A stretch of 64,000 nucleotides of DNA, taken from positions 28,345-92,344 of the forward strand of contig CAMDSC010000002.1 of the NCBI GenBank assembly GCA_945907065.1, read 5' to 3'. Below, in pieces: positions 60,801 through 64,000 of this stretch. The DNA comes from Chitinophaga pinensis (GTDB lineage: Bacteria > Bacteroidota > Bacteroidia > NS11-12g > UBA9320). Positions within the stretch are counted from its first letter, which is position 1; each line of letters begins with the position of its first letter. A program made the position numbers and the translations under genes. Below the pieces are notes generated by a model, which made no database searches, was not told where the DNA came from, and saw nothing but the letters and a program-made list of their open reading frames with translations.

Positions 60801-63800
60801 AAAGCATAATGCTTTCCTGTTCCACCCTTTCTATCATTCATAAAAATGTTGTTTTTAGAGTTGACAACCGATACGTATGAAGAGGTTACATAATTATTTC
60901 CTCTTAAATATCCAAAAGATGAATGAACTCCAGAGGTGGCAGTACCGCCAATATAAATTGAATTAAAATATGAATTAACTTGGAAGTTACCGGATACAGC
61001 TTGCCAAATTCCTATATACATCGGACTATTTGTTTGTCCCATTCCTAGTGATATTTGGTTATTTCGCATTGTAACCACATTTTGTGGTGTTGAAACCAAA
61101 ATACCTGTAGCAAGGGCTGGCGCATTTATATTGGTATTGGCTGATAAATTAATAATATCATAAATTCTGTTATTAGAGATAGTAACATTATTAGCCAAAT
61201 TTAAAAAAACACCTGTAGCACAAGTAGCTCCATTACCGGTATTATTTGCTCTTAAATTATATACTGTATTATTGGCTATAGTTCCACCCAAAGTAGTTCC
61301 ATAAATTCCTATTCCGCCTATTGCGGTTGGAGGCACTAATGCTGTGTTTGATGAATTAACAGAACAATTAAATACAGTATTGTTTGTGATAGTAGGAATA
61401 GATGTTCCATTGTTTCCATAAACAATTCCTCTCAAGGTAATTCCTGATTCAACACCATAAGAAGTCATATTTGCAACCGTATTACTATCAAACAATACTG
61501 TCGGTGCATTTAATGAAGTCATTTGTCCTTGAATTCCTATAATACTGCCGGTTCCCGAATTTTGTAGGCTGTTAGCTACTGTTGTTGAACCAACTAAGTT
61601 CTTTCTTACTGTGCATTGGCCATTTACAAGGAATATGCATACAAGGTTTTCAGCAACTCCTAGTACTGGACAATTAATTCCCTGCACTGTATTTCCAATA
61701 ATATTGCAATTACCACTTGACTGATGGGATAGAATAGAATGTTGAGCTCCCCCTGAAAGTACAATTGAATTGATATCAGTCGGGTGCCCAATAAGGTTAT
61801 TTAAAATATTTACACTAACCTGATTTTGGGATATTATTCCCAAAAATGTGTTACCGGTACCAATATTAGGTTTTCTGATATTTTGAATAACATTGTTGCT
61901 GATTGTAGAAGGATTAACAAATGATCCTGATGTAAATGAAATAGCTCTAAAATCAACATTAGCATTGTTTACCCATGGCGCACCACCACAATTTTTAGCC
62001 GAACCGCCGATAAAATTCCCAGAGAGAATATGGCCTCCTGAAAAGATTTGAGTTTCAATATAAATTGCATACTGAAAAGCAAAGGCCGGAAATGATAAGT
62101 TTCGGTAAAAACTATTACCTATAACATTCCAATTATTTCCATTTCCAACATTAGATAACCAAACACCATATTGAGAAAAGTTTGTAATTTCATTTCCCGT
62201 AATAACATTAGCTGTATTTTCTTTTCCTACATCACCTAAACTATAAATACCGATAGCAGGTACTCCAATTAAAGGTAAAGTGCCTGTTTGATCATGCCCT
62301 AAAACACAATTGGATACTGTATCCCTGCTGTTTCCATTTGTTTTTGTTGATGTACTAAATTGAATCATACCTGCAGTGGTAGAAGAATTTGCACTCTCAA
62401 TTATTAAATTATTTAATCTATTGTCAACAGCCTCATTTATGAATAAAAATACCTGACCTGCTTTACTTGAATTTCTGAACCTGAGTTTTTTGTCAGTTGA
62501 TGATCCGTTAAAATCTGGAACTCCAGTAAATTTGATCTGGTCAGACCCATCCAATCGTATCATACCTGAACCTACGTTTCCTGAAATAAGTCTTTCAGTG
62601 GTTGTTAAAGAATCTGGTCTAATTGTTACACCATAGGTGCCAGAACCATTCTCACCCAATTGTGATAATGCAACAGTACCTGGCTCAACAGTGTTGGATG
62701 AAATAACTGCAGTGATATTTCCGGCTAATGAAACTGTATTTAGATATTCAAATAATCCACCTGTGCCGGTAAGAGTTGGATAAGTTTTGCCAGTTCCAAC
62801 TCTCAACTTAGTTCCTGCAGCTAAAGATGCTGTTATTCTATAATTAAGTGGAGCAATTGGATAACTAGATATTGTATTTACATCAGATGCAACAGCATAC
62901 AGATTATTCGAAATCAGATTACCTGCATTATCTTGAGCAATTATGAAATAATTGATGGTATCTCCTATAGATACCCCTCCCATTGTTGAATAATTAATTC
63001 CAAACGTTCCTGTTGCATTTGTTGATGTTCCACTCAAAGATGTAGCAGCTGATGAATACCATGTACCTAATTTACCTTTAGAAAAATAAATTCTTGGCAT
63101 AGTTGAACCGGTTAAAGGTATCCCAACATTGTCAGTAATTTTAACATTAGTTAATATACGTGTTCCACTTAAATTACCGTCATTATGAAATGGATTTAAT
63201 GTTATTACAGGGGCAATAATATCAGAAGAAAGGGTAAAATTACCAGAATGGGCACCTATATCCGATGGGGTTCTACTTGATCGTATGTTTCCATCAAAAT
63301 CTTCAGTTGTGGTAACATCAGCATCCATGCTTCCATTACCTTCTGCAGGATTTGAACTGTTAAGATGTAAATCTACTGCAAATGCATTACCTGTAGCATT
63401 TATAAATTTAGGATCACTGCTCCCGCTCTTCAAATCAAGGCCTGATGCTAATTGCCAACTAGATGCTCCGCTTAAGTTCGTATAATTAATGGATGTGCTT
63501 GCTGTTCTTCCACCAGTGCCATTTGCAAACAAGATATTATTATTAGAATATATTAAATTACTACTTCCAATCTGCAGTGCATTATTAATACCCGTTGCAC
63601 TTCCAGTATTGCTCACAGCATTATAAAATATATTATTTTTTATATAAGCCCTAGTTGTAGTTGTTGAATATGTTTGGGGCATAGTAAATGCTCCTGTTTG
63701 TGAACTACCTGACGAAGGGGAGCCACCAACATAAACACTATTATGGTAGTACATACACGGCTGATTAGCAAAATTTTGAAAGATACCATGCACAGTATAG

Positions 63801-64000
63801 GGTCCTGTGAATACTGCTCCAGATGAATCAATTCCCACTCTTACCATATTGTTTTCGTAGGTTGCATAACCCTGATTATTGTATATACCGTATATACCTG
63901 ATGCACCTGTTCCACTCACTTTTAAACTATGCACAAAGTTGCGGGAAATAACTGTAGGGGTTGCCACAGTAGTTCCTGAAAAGAAAAGACCGATAACATT
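54878..64000 (-). CDS. Giant T9SS-secreted surface protein/adhesin (5' end beyond window)
   Basis: Frame open to the window edge (>3040 aa); beta-helix-like N/I/G-rich region, CARDB-like domain, three GxIG..QT[IV]C...YxxQWQxSTD repeats, 16 WxFGD-type PKD domains, CTD LYPNP...AGIYLV. Confidence 0.9.
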   Translation of the reverse strand, partial: NVIGLFFSGTTVATPTVISRNFVHSLKVSGTGASGIYGIYNNQGYATYENNMVRVGIDSSGAVFTGPYTVHGIFQNFANQPCMYYHNSVYVGGSPSSGSSQTGAFTMPQTYSTTTTRAYIKNNIFYNAVSNTGSATGINNALQIGSSNLIYSNNNILFANGTGGRTASTSINYTNLSGASSWQLASGLDLKSGSSDPKFINATGNAFAVDLHLNSSNPAEGNGSMDADVTTTEDFDGNIRSSRTPSDIGAHSGNFTLSSDIIAPVITLNPFHNDGNLSGTRILTNVKITDNVGIPLTGSTMPRIYFSKGKLGTWYSSAATSLSGTSTNATGTFGINYSTMGGVSIGDTINYFIIAQDNAGNLISNNLYAVASDVNTISSYPIAPLNYRITASLAAGTKLRVGTGKTYPTLTGTGGLFEYLNTVSLAGNITAVISSNTVEPGTVALSQLGENGSGTYGVTIRPDSLTTTERLISGNVGSGMIRLDGSDQIKFTGVPDFNGSSTDKKLRFRNSSKAGQVFLFINEAVDNRLNNLIIESANSSTTAGMIQFSTSTKTNGNSRDTVSNCVLGHDQTGTLPLIGVPAIGIYSLGDVGKENTANVITGNEITNFSQYGVWLSNVGNGNNWNVIGNSFYRNLSFPAFAFQYAIYIETQIFSGGHILSGNFIGGSAKNCGGAPWVNNANVDFRAISFTSGSFVNPSTISNNVIQNIRKPNIGTGNTFLGIISQNQVSVNILNNLIGHPTDINSIVLSGGAQHSILSHQSSGNCNIIGNTVQGINCPVLGVAENLVCIFLVNGQCTVRKNLVGSTTVANSLQNSGTGSIIGIQGQMTSLNAPTVLFDSNTVANMTSYGVESGITLRGIVYGNNGTSIPTITNNTVFNCSVNSSNTALVPPTAIGGIGIYGTTLGGTIANNTVYNLRANNTGNGATCATGVFLNLANNVTISNNRIYDIINLSANTNINAPALATGILVSTPQNVVTMRNNQISLGMGQTNSPMYIGIWQAVSGNFQVNSYFNSIYIGGTATSGVHSSFGYLRGNNYVTSSYVSVVNSKNNIFMNDRKGGTGKHYAFGNQNVITTFQTGWQPNASNFNLLSNTSGNPIGLWNISDYNFSDWKLNSNCDINSLNISSGTSTGEINPANLFQNTAIGNLNLKGANTEAGMIYGKAIPISGITTDFTNLLRNATTPTIGSSEAFQNDVGVSAITSVNNTCGKPATAITVTLKNFGLQSQSNIPVRLVVSGGATLNISEVFTGPLASNATASYTFTGTFNSSLGGTYTVKSFSNLSNEDVRMNDSSTITMNMNPLPKPTFTYSDTCAGNAVKFVSTSTVSGGTITANLWRFGDGGTGTGNSVNRTYATAGSTYTVKIISTSNNGCIDSGSRAVSILTNLNAGVIGSNQTICFNTAPSLITNSSAASGSIGSYNYQWQSSTDSTTYTDISGATGIDYQPGTLTSNRWYRRSVKTTVGCGPSFSNIVRIKCGAVLSAGTIGSPQTICFNGTGSALSFITTPTGAFGTYTYQWQQSTDSSTWSNITGQTGATFTPTNVTSVTYYRSLVTSGSCPTAGTNGIKIKLFSPITGGTIGSGQTVCAGYTPAGFTQISAPSGGPGSYTFQWQSSTDSINWNNISGATSSNYSSPAVSGLTYFQRLAGNTGCPNGTSNALKIRTLAKPNIVFTASNHCFNDPMPLSNTSNISSGTLSYLWKFGDGGTSTSSVPNKTYSSSGTYNVTLVGTSNLGCKDSLTKSVIVATTPLPSFTFVLKCQGDSAIFTDNTVYACGAGSGLVYSWDFGDGTKSNVQNARKRYNSPGTYNVKFKISLPGGFKDSITKTVAFNIKSTPSFTATNNCFPEATSFTNNSTNYASLAWSFGDGTTSATTSSTFTKTYSVAATYNAKLVATSSFGCKDSLVKSINVFSKPKAVFSVSNNCIGTTTNFNNSSSGAVSYSWNFGDGNTSSNVNPSNSYASANTYSVKLKVTSSNGCLDSVANTVTIYPNPVANFTTANVCNGFLSTFTNTSTGASTYSWNFGNGNSSTATNPTYTYPTAGTYTVSLTSTSSNGCVNSVAKSYTVNSSPKALFTGSNACLGNSITFNNTSTGASLNTWNFGDATTSTVGSPSKTYTAAGNYNVKLVVTNTFGCKDSVTNTIVIYAKPVPAFTAANQCLGTAVSFTNQSTGANAYVWQFGDGKSSAATSPTYTYASANTYSVKLVVTSVNSCKDSVTKTITVYPRPSVSFTAAPDPICRGGLMSFTNTTTNGATYNWTFGNSNTSTLMNPTNIYNVSGNYSVKLVSVSSNGCKDSLTKSVTIWPRPVASFIVNNGCTNDNLSFTSNSTGAVGHEWTFGDGNSSTSTNPSKGYTSPSTYSVKLIVTSPNGCKDTTTNSVTVHPRAAVSFTNPSSFCVGLTATFTNTSSLSAGNMTNQWKFGDGNTSSNTNPTNTYASGGNYTVNLTVTTDKGCVNSATSSVLVYSKPIPNFNATNVCAGGLVTFNNTSIGGSTYLWDFGDASTSTIASPTKVYAAAGTYTVKLTATNANSCSEVITRTITIFANPVANFTASDRCIGQSIVFVNTSTGVNDAQWQFGDGSSSNSFNPTYNYSASGTYNVILNVKSINGCVSSVTKAVNVFSAPKASFSVNDIGQCINGNNFVFTDNSTISSGTFTRAWALGDGSTSTAANPTKNYASSGAYNVKLIVTGNNGCKDSAMSTIMVSPKPIANFNINNNSQCYNGHLFSLSDASSISQGSITRVWNLGDGSSIGGINVVKNFTAPGTYTFRLSVISADGCIDSISKQVTVHPSPIAEFTHNNETQCLNGNSYVYTNTTILAGTYSSFWNLGDGSTISTPNASRSYAAAGNYKVTLNVTTPFSCKDSAYYFVRVLPNPSAITISGPTTANNGSTQVYSVASTPGSTYNWQAVNGVVQNNGTSLIQVKWNLTGATGTVTVTEKGVNGCNGNPANYNVTLTPTAGINPFTKNAFAANLYPNPSTDNFTLDVSTGDMVNMVIYDQLGRQVMEGKRFSSTISIDNHNLAAGIYLVKLSTDTGKTTILRFEVKK

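Noticed and set aside
794-63831. Many 60-130 aa ORF-track entries overlapping long genes (e.g. 794-1087, 2776-3075, 21697-22002, 38630-38983, 49733-50056)
   Set aside because: Antisense or off-frame shadows of confidently identified genes, with no motifs or independent signals

Overview
AT-rich chromosomal window from a Bacteroidota (FCB group) bacterium. The assignment rests on TAnnTTTG-type promoters, T9SS C-terminal domains and Bacteroidota-type RecQ, Skp and aconitase. Most of it is housekeeping: purN (partial), aconitase, tRNA-Gln-prs-rplY, pepO, pepP, rarA, a polyprenyl synthase, rnr, an MBOAT/SGNH pair with manC and kdsD, recQ, tyrS, menI/menF, HIT, greA, murI, two Skp genes, trhO and a CNNM gene. 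It also carries several T9SS-secreted surface proteins: a Cys-rich 8xPKD protein, two beta-helix proteins and a >3000 aa PKD adhesin cut by the window edge. There are two decayed genes (TIR-TM-Lcl and YjgR/DUF853) and several REP-like palindromes. The best candidate for an undescribed system is a SusD-less three-gene unit: TonB-dependent receptor, 1.3 kaa T9SS cargo and a dedicated PorV-like barrel. Its second and third genes, and the first Skp gene, share a homologous 5' motif whose ATG lies exactly 45 nt upstream of the signal-peptide Met. Other points are a GraL-like terminator in the greA leader, a murI that needs a non-canonical start codon, an unannotated 45-aa lipoprotein and two divergent genes sharing a CATG start. 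No CRISPR array, rRNA, intact transposase or integrase was seen. All family calls come from motif recognition, not database searches.
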